Positions 16,544 through 25,534 of a stretch of DNA of 32,000 nucleotides are shown here, in pieces. Origin of the DNA: Halomicrobium mukohataei DSM 12286 (GTDB lineage: Archaea > Halobacteriota > Halobacteria > Halobacteriales > Haloarculaceae); assembly GCF_000023965.1 (NCBI RefSeq), contig NC_013202.1, positions 1,920,001 to 1,952,000 of the forward strand, read 5' to 3'. The stretch's first letter is position 1. Each line of letters opens with the position of its first letter. The translations under genes and the position numbers were made by a program. The notes below the pieces were generated by a model. It did not search any database and had not been told where the DNA came from. It saw only the letters and a program-made list of their open reading frames with translations.

Positions 16544-16957
16544 ATGGGTGCCGAGCATCACGACGACCAGTTAGCTGCCGTGGAGTTCGACGACGAGCTG
16601 TCGTCGTCGTCGGTGACCGTGACGACGGTCTCCGTCGACGACCTCTTCGATGTCCTCGCACGTCCCGCGAACCGATACGTCTTGACGTATCTCCTGCGGG
16701 ACGAGGGACCGGTCTACGCACACGAACTGGTCGAATACATCGTCGACGAGACCGATCCGCCCGAGGGCCTCTCGGAACAGGAGTATCGTGGCCAGATCGA
16801 CTCGCGACTGCTCCACGTCTCGCTGCCCAAGCTCGAAGACGTGGGACTGATCGAGTTCGACGGTCGCCGACAACGAATCTCCGAGACCGACGAGACGACG
16901 GCCGCACTGCCGTACCTCCGCTTTGCACTCGCCCAGCAGCAAAGCCACGACGACTGA
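16544..16957 (+). CDS. Haloarchaeal winged-helix protein (DUF7344-like), paralogue 4
   Basis: DDLFDVLARPANRYVLTYLLRDEGPVYAHELVEYIV ... LLHVSLPKLEDVGLIEFD. Confidence 0.8.
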   Translation: MGAEHHDDQLAAVEFDDELSSSSVTVTTVSVDDLFDVLARPANRYVLTYLLRDEGPVYAHELVEYIVDETDPPEGLSEQEYRGQIDSRLLHVSLPKLEDVGLIEFDGRRQRISETDETTAALPYLRFALAQQQSHDD

Positions 16958-16975
16958 TACGGATCGCTGTCCCCG

Positions 16976-16981
16976 TTTTTT
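16976..16981 (+). terminator. Oligo-T tract (T6), candidate archaeal terminator
   Basis: CCCCGTTTTTTCTG lies 19 nt after the stop at 16957. Archaeal RNA polymerase terminates at oligo-T runs. Confidence 0.35.
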
Positions 16982-17186
16982 CTGTCGACCTGGACCGGTG
17001 TAACTGTTCGTCCGGGACTGTCCGTGCGGACCCCGGCGGCGACGGGATCGCGGCCGCCTCCCAGCAGTGATCGCCGACGCCACGAGCGGCGGGGCGTCTC
17101 GGGACCGACGCGCCCGTCTCTCCGGGACAGGAGATCCCTTACGGATTCATCACGCGGCTAACCAGATCTCCACACTCCTATCATCT

Positions 17187-17196
17187 CCATAACAAA
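17187..17196 (+). promoter_or_regulatory. CCATAACAAA promoter-like motif of the acetyltransferase-aminotransferase-oxidoreductase operon
   Basis: Exact 10-mer, 51 nt before ATG 17248 (42 nt before GTG 17239). This implies a short 5' leader. Confidence 0.45.
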
Positions 17197-17247
17197 GGCG
17201 TCTGTCGCGGAGTGACCTGACGAACACTGGCCCTCAGTGTGGATACT

Positions 17248-17829
17248 ATGACAAACGCGAGAATCGGTGACGGGAGTTACGTAGCACCGGAGGCCGTCGT
17301 GGGTCGCGACGAGGACGCGGAGACGACCCCACGACTCGGCGAGAACGCAACGATTCGATCGGGGACCGTGATATACGGCGACGTGACGATCGGCGACGAC
17401 TTCTCGACCGGGCACAACGCCCTCGTCCGAGACGGAACGGTCGCGGGCGACGACGTGCTCGTCGGGACCAACACGGTCGTCGACGGCGACGTGACGATCG
17501 GCTCGCACGTCAGCCTCCAGACCGGCGTGTACGTCCCGCCGGAGACGACGATCGGAGACGAGGTCTTCCTGGGGCCCCACGCCACGGTCACGAACGACAA
17601 CTACCCGATCCGCTCGGCGAGCGAACTCGACGGCGTCACGATCGAAGAGCACGTCTCGATCGGAGCCAACGCGACGATCCTGCCCGGGGTGACGATCGGT
17701 GAGCAGTCGTTCGTCGCCGCCGGGACCGTCGTCACGGCCGACGTTCCGCCCGAGACGCTCGTCGTCGGTGCGCCCGGCCGACACGAGGAACTGCCCGCCT
17801 CGCTCCAGGGAGGGAACCGGATCGAATGA
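17248..17829 (+). CDS. Hexapeptide-repeat (LbH) sugar N-acetyltransferase, WbpD-like
   Basis: Repeated [LIV]-G-x-x-x-x hexapeptides (IGDDFSTG, VGTNTVVDG, IGSHVSLQ, IGDEVFLG, IGANATIL, IGEQSFVA). The stop overlaps the aminotransferase start (ATGA). GTG 17239 is an alternative start. Confidence 0.85.
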   Translation: MTNARIGDGSYVAPEAVVGRDEDAETTPRLGENATIRSGTVIYGDVTIGDDFSTGHNALVRDGTVAGDDVLVGTNTVVDGDVTIGSHVSLQTGVYVPPETTIGDEVFLGPHATVTNDNYPIRSASELDGVTIEEHVSIGANATILPGVTIGEQSFVAAGTVVTADVPPETLVVGAPGRHEELPASLQGGNRIE

Positions 17830-18941
17830 GCTCTCAGATCGACCTCGACGAGATCTCACTGGCCGACCCGGTCGTCGAGGACCGCGAACAGCGCCGCGTC
17901 CGGTCTGTCCTCGAAAGCGGGCACCTCGCGGCCGGCAGCGAGGTCGCTGCCTTCGAAGCGGCCTTCGCGGACTACTGTGGGACCGACCACGCCGTCGCCA
18001 CCAGCAACGGGACGACCGCGCTCCACGCGGCGCTGGCGGCGCTCGGCATCGGCGAGGGCGACCGCGTACTCACCACGCCCCTGTCCTTCGTGGCGACGGC
18101 CAACGCGATCCGGCTGGTCGGCGCAGAGCCGGTCTTCGCCGACGTGGATCCCGACTCGTACAACCTCGATCCCGAGGCCGCCAGCGAGCGCGTCGACTCC
18201 CTCGACGGCGACGTCGACGCCATCATGCCGGTCCACCTCTACGGGCTCCCCGCCGAGATGGATCGGTTCAGAGCGCTGGCCGACGCCTGCGACGCGACCC
18301 TGATCGAGGACGCCGCACAGGCCCACGGGGCCACCTACCGCGGCGAGCCGGTCGGATCGCTGGGCGACGCGGGCTGTTTCTCCTTCTATCCGACCAAGAA
18401 CATGACGACCGGCGAGGGCGGGATGGTCGTCACCGACGACGACGCGGTCGCTCGTCGGCTCCGCTCGTTCATCAACCACGGGCGCGATCCCGAGGACGGC
18501 TCCGTCCACCGCTCGGTCGGCCACAACTTCCGGATGACCGACATCGCGGCCGCCATCGGACGGGCACAGCTAGAGCGGCTGCCCGACTTCGTCGAGTCCC
18601 GGCGTGCGAACGCCCGGCGACTCTCCGAGGGGATCGATGCCCCGTCGATCACGACGCCGACGGAGGCGGCGTACAAGCGCCACTCGTACCACCAGTACAC
18701 CGTCCGCTCGCCCGAACGAGACGCGCTGGCGTCCGGCCTCGAACGAATCGGGATCGACACCGGCGTCTACTACCCGACGCCGATCCACGAACAGCCCGCC
18801 TACGACGACATCGAGTCGTCGTTCCCCGTCGCAGAGCGACTGACACGGGAGGTCCTCTCCGTGCCCGTCCACCCCTCGCTGGCGGACGAGACGGTCGAAA
18901 CGATCGCGACTGCGATCGACACGGTGATCGCCGATGAGTGA
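17826..18941 (+). CDS. DegT/DnrJ/EryC1/StrS family PLP-dependent sugar aminotransferase, WbpE-like
   Basis: Family layout with the PLP lysine in SFYPTKNMTTGEGGMVVT. 371 aa. Confidence 0.92.
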   Translation: MSSQIDLDEISLADPVVEDREQRRVRSVLESGHLAAGSEVAAFEAAFADYCGTDHAVATSNGTTALHAALAALGIGEGDRVLTTPLSFVATANAIRLVGAEPVFADVDPDSYNLDPEAASERVDSLDGDVDAIMPVHLYGLPAEMDRFRALADACDATLIEDAAQAHGATYRGEPVGSLGDAGCFSFYPTKNMTTGEGGMVVTDDDAVARRLRSFINHGRDPEDGSVHRSVGHNFRMTDIAAAIGRAQLERLPDFVESRRANARRLSEGIDAPSITTPTEAAYKRHSYHQYTVRSPERDALASGLERIGIDTGVYYPTPIHEQPAYDDIESSFPVAERLTREVLSVPVHPSLADETVETIATAIDTVIADE

Positions 18942-19917
18942 GAACGGATCTCTCAAGACGGGCGTCGTCGGCGTGGGCAACATGGGTCGCCACCACGCAC
19001 GCGTCTACGCACAGAACCGCGCCGTCTCGCTGGTCGGTATCGCCGACGCCGACGAGGCGACGGCCCGCGAGGTGGCCGACGACTACGACACGACCGTCAT
19101 GTCGACCGCCGAGCTGCTCGACGCCGCCGACGCCGTCACCGTCGCCGTCCCGACCCGGTACCACGACGACCTCGTCGAGCGGGCGCTGGACGCTGGCGTC
19201 CACGTCCTCGTCGAGAAGCCGTTCGTGAAGGACCTCGCCGACGGCGAGGCGCTGGTCGAACGCGCCGCCGCCGAGAACCTCGTCCTCCAGGTCGGCCACA
19301 TCGAGCGATTCAACCCCGCCATCCGAACCCTGACGGAGGTCCTGGCCGACCACGAGGTGATCGCGGTCGAGGCCCGCCGGCTCGGTCCGCCGGTCGACCG
19401 GGACACGACCGACACGGTCACGATGGACCTGATGGTCCACGACCTCGACGTGACCCTCTCCTTGCTCGACAGCGGCGTCAGGACCGTCGACGCGGTCGGC
19501 ACCTGTGACGGCCAGCACGTCACCGCACAGCTTTCCTTCGAGGACGACACGGTCGCCCAGTTCAGTGCCAGCAGAGTGACCCAGCAGAAGGTCCGTCAGC
19601 TGGCGGTGACGACCCGCGACGCGCGGATCACCGTCGACTACGCCGACCAGGACGTGCGAATCCACCGCCACTCCGTGCCGGCCTACGTCGAGAACGACGG
19701 CGACGTTCGGTACCGCCACGAGAGCGTCATCGAACAGCCGACCGTCGCCAACGGCGAGCCGCTGGTGACGGAACTGGACGCGTTCGTCGAGGCGGTCGTG
19801 ACCGACAGCGAACCGGTCGTCTCCGGGACGGACGGTCTGCGCGCCCTCGAACTCGTCGACCAGATCGACGCACAGGTGTCGACCGAACTGGACGCCACTG
19901 CCCAGCAGTCCCGCTAA
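18934..19917 (+). CDS. Gfo/Idh/MocA family NAD-dependent oxidoreductase, WbpB-like
   Basis: N-terminal Rossmann motif GVVGVGNMGRHHARVY and the EKP motif (VLVEKPF). Overlaps the aminotransferase by 8 nt. Confidence 0.9.
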   Translation: MSENGSLKTGVVGVGNMGRHHARVYAQNRAVSLVGIADADEATAREVADDYDTTVMSTAELLDAADAVTVAVPTRYHDDLVERALDAGVHVLVEKPFVKDLADGEALVERAAAENLVLQVGHIERFNPAIRTLTEVLADHEVIAVEARRLGPPVDRDTTDTVTMDLMVHDLDVTLSLLDSGVRTVDAVGTCDGQHVTAQLSFEDDTVAQFSASRVTQQKVRQLAVTTRDARITVDYADQDVRIHRHSVPAYVENDGDVRYRHESVIEQPTVANGEPLVTELDAFVEAVVTDSEPVVSGTDGLRALELVDQIDAQVSTELDATAQQSR

Positions 19918-19998
19918 CGAGTGTGAGACGACTATGATACTGTCCCGCCAGTGCGTCGGTCCCGGCCCACCGAGAGCGGCCCGCACGGAGGTGAGCGG

Positions 19999-20928
19999 AT
20001 GGGGTCGGTAGTGATCTCCGTCGACGCAGAACTCGGCTGGGGCTTTCACGACGTGTCGGGCCACTCGGAGCGACTGGCGGCCGCCCGCGTCGGCTGGAAG
20101 CGACTCGCCGGACTCTGCTCGGAGTACGAGATCCCCGCGACGTGGGCGGTCGTCGGCCACCTGTTGCTCACCGACTGTGACGGCCGCCACGAGAACCACC
20201 CCCGCGGTCCGGAGTGGTTCCGGTGTGAACGCGACCGCTGGGCCGACCGTCCGAGCCTGCGGTACGGCCCCCACCTCGTCGCCGACGTGGCGGCGGACCC
20301 GGTCGGCCACGAGATCGGCTGTCACACGTTCTCACACGTCCTCTTCGGAGCGGACGACACGACGGCCGCGACCGCTCGCGCCGAGATCGAGGCGTGTCTC
20401 GACGCGACCAGCGCGACCGACTACTCGCTTCGCTCGTTCGTCTTTCCGCGCAACAGCGTGGGTCACCGGGAGCTGCTCGCGGAGTACGACTTCGACTGCT
20501 ATCGCGGTGTCGCCCCGGCGGAACGGACGCCGCTGAACAAACTCCGCGAAGCGACCGTCGGCGAGCCCGAGCCACGCCTCGTCACACCCGCCGTCGACGA
20601 GCACGGTCTGGTCGACATTCCGGCGTCGCTGTACCTCTTCTCATTCGAGGGCCGACCCCGGCGACTCCTGACGACGGTCTTCGAGGACCCGATCGTCCAG
20701 TACGCCCGTCGCGGGATCGACGCCGCGGCCCGCGAAGACGGCGTCTTCCACATGTGGCTCCACCCGAACAACCTCACCGGTCGCCCGGAGATCGCACGCA
20801 TGCGAGCGATCTTCGACTACCTCGACGAGCGCCGCGCCGACCTCGCTATCGAGACGATGGGCGAGGTCGCTGCCCGAGTCGACCGAGTGGATCCGCCGAC
20901 GGCGGGCCACTCTCCCGATGGCGTTTAA
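19999..20928 (+). CDS. Polysaccharide deacetylase family protein
   Basis: ISVDAELGWG, ATWAVVGHLL and EIGCHTFSH are typical of the haloarchaeal polysaccharide deacetylase group. A perfect GGAGGTGA Shine-Dalgarno lies 4 nt before ATG 19999. Confidence 0.8.
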   Translation: MGSVVISVDAELGWGFHDVSGHSERLAAARVGWKRLAGLCSEYEIPATWAVVGHLLLTDCDGRHENHPRGPEWFRCERDRWADRPSLRYGPHLVADVAADPVGHEIGCHTFSHVLFGADDTTAATARAEIEACLDATSATDYSLRSFVFPRNSVGHRELLAEYDFDCYRGVAPAERTPLNKLREATVGEPEPRLVTPAVDEHGLVDIPASLYLFSFEGRPRRLLTTVFEDPIVQYARRGIDAAAREDGVFHMWLHPNNLTGRPEIARMRAIFDYLDERRADLAIETMGEVAARVDRVDPPTAGHSPDGV

Positions 20929-20950
20929 CTCAGAAAACACTATAGGGCGG

Positions 20951-20960
20951 GCATAACAAA
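20951..20960 (+). promoter_or_regulatory. GCATAACAAA promoter-like motif of the SDR epimerase gene
   Basis: 9 of 10 match, with exactly 25 nt between the motif and ATG 20986. Confidence 0.55.
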
Positions 20961-20985
20961 CCCGACACGAGTGGAGTTCCTTTCC

Positions 20986-21936
20986 ATGTCTGAACCCAAC
21001 CTCAGCGACAGATCGGTGCTGGTCACGGGCGGTGCCGGCTTCGTCGGCGGCCAGCTCGTCCAGACGCTCGCCCCGGACAACGACGTGACCGTCCTCGACG
21101 ACCTCTCGACGGGCGAACGCGACCGCGTTCCCGACGACGTGACCTTCGTCCACGGCGACGTACGCGACCAGCGCAAGCTCAAGCAGGAGATCGAGGCGGC
21201 AGACGTCGTCTTCCACGAGGCGGCCGTCGTCGGCGTCCCGGCCTCGTTGCGAGATCCGCCCCGGAGCAACCACGTCAACACCGGCGCGACCGTCCAGTTG
21301 CTCGACTACGCTCGCCAGTACGACACGCGGGTCGTCCTCGCCTCCAGCGCCGCGATCTACGGCGAGCCCGAGTCGGTTCCCATCGAGGAGGACCACCCCC
21401 TCGAACCGACCTCACCGTACGGCGTCGACAAGCTCGCAGTCGATCACTACGCCCGCGTGTTCGCCCAGCAGTACGATCTCCCTGTCGTTCCGCTGCGGTA
21501 CTTCAACATCTACGGGCCGCGGACCGGCCCCAATCCCTACAGTGCCGTGGTCGACGTCTTCCTCGAACAGGCTCGGAGCGGCGACCCGATCACGGTCCAC
21601 GGGACCGGCGAGCAGACCCGTGACTTCGTCCACGTCGACGACGTGGTCCAGGCGAACCTCCGGGCCGCGACCACCGACGAGGTCGGCGTGGCCTACAACG
21701 TCGGCACCGGCTCGTCGGTCTCTATCGCGGAGCTCGCCGAGCTGATCCGGACGGCGACGGACAGCGACTCGCCGATCACACACACCGACGAGCGACCGGG
21801 CGACATCAGCGACAGCGAGGCGGACATCTCTCGCGCACGCGAACGACTCGGCTACGAGCCGACGGTCGATCTCCGTTCTGGCATCGACCGGCTCGTCGAC
21901 GCGGCCGCCCCGGCGGATCCCCCCTCCTCCTCGTAG
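20986..21936 (+). CDS. NAD-dependent nucleotide-sugar epimerase/dehydratase (extended SDR)
   Basis: VTGGAGFVGGQLV (GxxGxxG) and the catalytic YGVDK (YxxxK). 316 aa. Confidence 0.9.
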   Translation: MSEPNLSDRSVLVTGGAGFVGGQLVQTLAPDNDVTVLDDLSTGERDRVPDDVTFVHGDVRDQRKLKQEIEAADVVFHEAAVVGVPASLRDPPRSNHVNTGATVQLLDYARQYDTRVVLASSAAIYGEPESVPIEEDHPLEPTSPYGVDKLAVDHYARVFAQQYDLPVVPLRYFNIYGPRTGPNPYSAVVDVFLEQARSGDPITVHGTGEQTRDFVHVDDVVQANLRAATTDEVGVAYNVGTGSSVSIAELAELIRTATDSDSPITHTDERPGDISDSEADISRARERLGYEPTVDLRSGIDRLVDAAAPADPPSSS

Positions 21937-21941
21937 CGCGT

Positions 21942-21951
21942 CCATAACAAA
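21942..21951 (+). promoter_or_regulatory. CCATAACAAA promoter-like motif upstream of the GT2 gene
   Basis: Exact 10-mer beginning 6 nt after the epimerase stop. An in-frame TTG 21982 lies 30 nt downstream and ATG 22006 lies 54 nt downstream. Confidence 0.5.
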
Positions 21952-22005
21952 CCCGTCCCGCCGGGAAGAGAGAGTCACCGATTGCTGCACGGACTTTCAG
22001 CAGAC

Positions 22006-22989
22006 ATGTTCAACGGACACTCTCTCAGCGTCGTCGTACCGGCATACAACGAGGAATCACACGTCGGCGAAGTCATCGACACGCTCCCGGACTGTGTCGA
22101 CCGGGCGTACGTCGTCGACGACTGCTCGACCGACGACACTTGGTCGGTCATCCAGTCACACGTTCCCGCCCGCGAACGGTCTCGGTCGCGGGCACGCGCC
22201 GACGGCGGCGAGGCGGCACAGACGGTCGTCCCGATTCGCCACGAGCGAAATCGCGGGGTCGGTGGCGCGATCAAGACCGGCTACCTCGCGGCGATCCGGG
22301 ACGGCACGGACATCGTCGCCGTGATGGGCGGCGACGGGCAGATGGACCCGGACCTGCTGCCCGACATCGTCGCGCCGGTGGCCGACGGCCGGGCCGCCTA
22401 CGCGAAGGGGAATCGGCTGTGTTCGCCGTCGGACCGTTCGTCGATGCCGACCGTCCGTCAGGCGGGCAACCGCATGCTCTCGGCGCTGACGCGACTCGCG
22501 TCGGGGTACTGGGGGATCGGCGACCCACAGAACGGGTACACCGCCGCCTCCACGGCGGCGCTCGAACGCAGCGGGGTCGACGAGATGTACGAGTTCTACG
22601 GCTACTGCAACGATCTGCTGGTCAAGCTCAACGTCGCGGACTGCCGGGTCGCCGACGTGCCGATGCCCGCCGAGTACGGCGACGAGACCAGCCACATCGA
22701 CCTCCGGACGTACGTGCCCCGCGTCTCCGGTATGCTGGCTCGGAACTTCTTCTGGCGGCTCCGCCGATACGCCAGCGACGTCGGTCCGGCGATCCCGGCT
22801 GCCTATCTCGGCGGGATCGCGCTTTCCGTCCCCGGCCTGGCGGGCGTCCTGTTCGCGTTGCTGGCGGGTAACAGCGGCTTACTCGCCCTCTCGTCGCTGG
22901 TCTTTCTCGTCGCGACCGTGGCGCTCGTGGCCGGCGTCGCGCTCGACCGCAGGCACAACGAGGAGCTGGCCGTCGTCGTCGATAACTGA
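22006..22989 (+). CDS. GT2 family glycosyltransferase with C-terminal TM segments (dolichyl-phosphate-sugar synthase-like)
   Basis: LSVVVPAYNEE, VVDDCSTDDT and MGGDGQMDP are GT-A motifs. Two C-terminal hydrophobic helices follow. The start could be TTG 21982. Confidence 0.85.
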   Translation: MFNGHSLSVVVPAYNEESHVGEVIDTLPDCVDRAYVVDDCSTDDTWSVIQSHVPARERSRSRARADGGEAAQTVVPIRHERNRGVGGAIKTGYLAAIRDGTDIVAVMGGDGQMDPDLLPDIVAPVADGRAAYAKGNRLCSPSDRSSMPTVRQAGNRMLSALTRLASGYWGIGDPQNGYTAASTAALERSGVDEMYEFYGYCNDLLVKLNVADCRVADVPMPAEYGDETSHIDLRTYVPRVSGMLARNFFWRLRRYASDVGPAIPAAYLGGIALSVPGLAGVLFALLAGNSGLLALSSLVFLVATVALVAGVALDRRHNEELAVVVDN

Positions 22990-23272
22990 GCCCTACCGTT
23001 CGGGAGCGTCGGTAACCCCTTCTTTCGGTGTCCCCTCGGAAGGCGCAACCACGCCGCTACCGACTGGTAGGCAAGTCAGTCCACTTCGACGGAATCGTTT
23101 TGTCGGTATGTACGGATTACCAGGTGTTGATGGCTCCGACACCCACCTACCAGGCCCTCCGCGACGTGGACAGTACGTCTACTACTGTCGGCCGTCCGTC
23201 CGTGACCGATCTCGCCACCTCGGGGTGGCGGACGGCTTCGCGACGTGACGGCCGACCGTACGAACGACGCCG

Positions 23273-23548
23273 ATGGAGGACCAGACGATGACCAACGAGA
23301 CGGACAACACCGACAGTGATCCGCTCGCGGACGCCGCCACGACGTTCGCGGGGACGCCCTGGGAGGGCCGGCCGGTCGATCCGGACCTGCACAGCGATCT
23401 GGGGTACGAGCTGGTCGACTGGGAGGTCGTGCCCAACGCTCGCGACGACAAGCAGGTGTTCCTCCCGATCGAGGAGTCGATGCTGCGCGACGAGGCGTTC
23501 ATCGTCGCGGAACCGGACGCCTGCTGTGACCTCGGAACGAAGCTGTAA
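23273..23548 (+). CDS. Small acidic hypothetical protein (91 aa)
   Basis: Strongly acidic, GC3-rich ORF (MEDQTMTNETDNTDSDPLADAATTFAGTPWEG ... FIVAEPDACCDLGTKL). No function recognised. Confidence 0.55.
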   Translation: MEDQTMTNETDNTDSDPLADAATTFAGTPWEGRPVDPDLHSDLGYELVDWEVVPNARDDKQVFLPIEESMLRDEAFIVAEPDACCDLGTKL

Positions 23549-23637
23549 CTGCGCTCTCGTACGGATGTCGCCCGTCGCTTCGCGGTCGGTCGAGTCCCGC
23601 GGCGACGCTCACCGGGACATCGCTACAGCCGTCCGTC

Positions 23638-25434
23638 TCACTCGACGGTCACGCTCTTGGCGAGGTTCCGTGGCTTGTCGATCGGTCGGTCGAGTTCCGC
23701 GGCGACGTGATAGGCGAGCAACTGGAGGTGAACGTTCGCGAGCACGCCCGTCAGTGCCGGATCGGTGTCGGGCACCGGCAAGTGAGCGTCCGCTCGGTCG
23801 CCCAGCGGGCTGTCGGCCGGGCCGACCGCGACGACCGGCCCGCCGCGTGATCGGATCTCCTCGGCGTTGCTGGCGACCTTCTCGGTGTTGTGGCCCGTGT
23901 CGATCGCGAACACCGGCGTCCGTTCGGTCACGAGTGCGAGCGGACCGTGTTTGAGCTCGCCAGCGGCGAACCCCTCGGCGTGTTCGTAGGTAATCTCCTT
24001 GAGCTTGAGCGCTCCCTCCAGTGCGACCGGATGGCCGGTCCCGCGACCGACGAAAAAGTACGCGTCGCTGTCTCGAAACTGCCGAGCCACGGACCGAACG
24101 TCGTCCGACTCGACGACCGTGCGGACGCCGTCGGGCAGGGCTGCGAGCGCGCGTCGGAAGGGGCGGCCCCGCCCGGTCCCCTCGCGAGCGGCCAGTTGCT
24201 CGGCCAGCAACGCCAGCGTCGCGACCTGCGAGGAGAAGGTCTTGGTGGCCGCGACGCCGATCTCGGGACCGGCCCGGATGAACAGCGCGTCGTCGCACTC
24301 TCTGGCGGCCGTGGAACCGACCGTGTTCGTGACCGCGAGCGTGGGCTGGTCCTGTGAGTGCGCCTCCCGGAGCGCCGCCAGTGTGTCGGCCGTCTCTCCG
24401 CTCTGGGTCACGCCGACGACGATCGTCCCCGCTCGCGCCGGTGGCGGTGCCGTGACGTACTCGCTGGCTAGGTGTGCGCTCGCGGGGACGCCACGCTCGA
24501 TCAGTAGCCGCGCCCCGTACAGCGAAGCGTGGTAGGAGGTTCCACAGGCGACGAAGGCCACGCGTTCGACGCCGTCGAGGGTCTCGTCCGCGAGGTCGTC
24601 GAGCGCGACGCCGTCGCCGAGTCGCCCCTGGAGGGTCTGCTCCAGGGCCCGTGGCTGCTCGTGGATCTCCTTGTGCATGTAGTGGTCGTAGCGCCCCTTC
24701 TCGGCGTCCTCGGCGGTCCACTCGACGGTCCGGACCGGTCGATCGCGGACGCGACCGTCCGCGCCGGTCACCTCGTAGTGATTCGGTCCGATCGCGACGA
24801 CGTCGCCGTCGTCGAGGTAGACCACGCTGTCGGTGCGCTCGATGAACGCGGGCACGTCGCTCGCGAGGTAGTTCGCGTCGTCGCCCAGGCCCAGGACCAG
24901 CGGCGAGCCGTTCCGTGCGGCGTAGACTCGGTCGCTGTCGGCGACGACCATCGCGATCGCGTAGCTCCCGTCGATGTCGCCCAGCGTCGCCCGGAGCGCG
25001 TCGACCGGCGTCGCGCCCGCGGCCAGATACTCCTCGACGAGGTGTGGCACCACTTCGGTGTCTGTCTCGCTGTCGAGGACGTGGCCACTCGCCCGGAGTC
25101 GATCACGCAACGACGCGTAGTTCTCGACGATCCCGTTGTGGACGACGGCGACCCGCCCCGTGCAGTCGGTGTGTGGATGGGCGTTCTCGTCGCTCGGCTC
25201 ACCGTGGGTGCTCCAGCGCGTGTGGCCGATGCCGGTCGTGCCGCCGGGACGGTCGCGACGGACGCGCCGGGCCAGCTCGGCGACCTCGCCGGAGCGCTTG
25301 ACGACCTCCAGGGACGCACCGTTCGGCACGGCGATCCCGGCGGAGTCGTACCCCCGGTATTCGAGGTTGTCCAGTCCCGAGAGCAGCGTCGAGACTGCCT
25401 CCTCACACCCCACGCAGGCGGTAATCCCACACAT
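23638..25434 (-). CDS. glmS: Glutamine--fructose-6-phosphate aminotransferase (isomerising)
   Basis: Canonical N terminus MCGITACVG (Cys nucleophile), two SIS domains and the C-terminal KPRNLAKSVTVE. 598 aa. Confidence 0.97.
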   Translation of the reverse strand: MCGITACVGCEEAVSTLLSGLDNLEYRGYDSAGIAVPNGASLEVVKRSGEVAELARRVRRDRPGGTTGIGHTRWSTHGEPSDENAHPHTDCTGRVAVVHNGIVENYASLRDRLRASGHVLDSETDTEVVPHLVEEYLAAGATPVDALRATLGDIDGSYAIAMVVADSDRVYAARNGSPLVLGLGDDANYLASDVPAFIERTDSVVYLDDGDVVAIGPNHYEVTGADGRVRDRPVRTVEWTAEDAEKGRYDHYMHKEIHEQPRALEQTLQGRLGDGVALDDLADETLDGVERVAFVACGTSYHASLYGARLLIERGVPASAHLASEYVTAPPPARAGTIVVGVTQSGETADTLAALREAHSQDQPTLAVTNTVGSTAARECDDALFIRAGPEIGVAATKTFSSQVATLALLAEQLAAREGTGRGRPFRRALAALPDGVRTVVESDDVRSVARQFRDSDAYFFVGRGTGHPVALEGALKLKEITYEHAEGFAAGELKHGPLALVTERTPVFAIDTGHNTEKVASNAEEIRSRGGPVVAVGPADSPLGDRADAHLPVPDTDPALTGVLANVHLQLLAYHVAAELDRPIDKPRNLAKSVTVE

Positions 25435-25534
25435 CAGCGGTCACCCTCCATGGCGGTGTGGAGGCGTCGCTGTCGGTCGACTGCGCGTCCGAAGGGCGGT
25501 CTTGGCATACACACCCGTTACCCGGCTCGTCACC

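Noticed and set aside
17237-17251. Four-codon (GTG 17237) and five-codon (ATG 27862-27879) micro-ORFs ending in ATGA overlap with the acetyltransferase and GT2 starts
   Set aside because: They are too short, and the 17237 start lies 40 nt from the motif. An ATGA context arises whenever the second codon begins with A. I did not count them as support for the upstream-ORF pattern.
17699-20325. ORFs 17699-18937 (+, 412 aa) and 18649-20325 (-, 558 aa)
   Set aside because: They are out of frame or antisense to the aminotransferase, oxidoreductase and deacetylase genes. The translations are Arg/Pro/Gly-rich and basic.
25435-25534. Possibility of a glmS ribozyme/riboswitch in the 100-nt leader
   Set aside because: The glmS ribozyme is a bacterial element of more than 150 nt with a characteristic nested pseudoknot. 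This leader is too short, and I see no matching conserved core. The upstream-ORF reading explains the spacing better.
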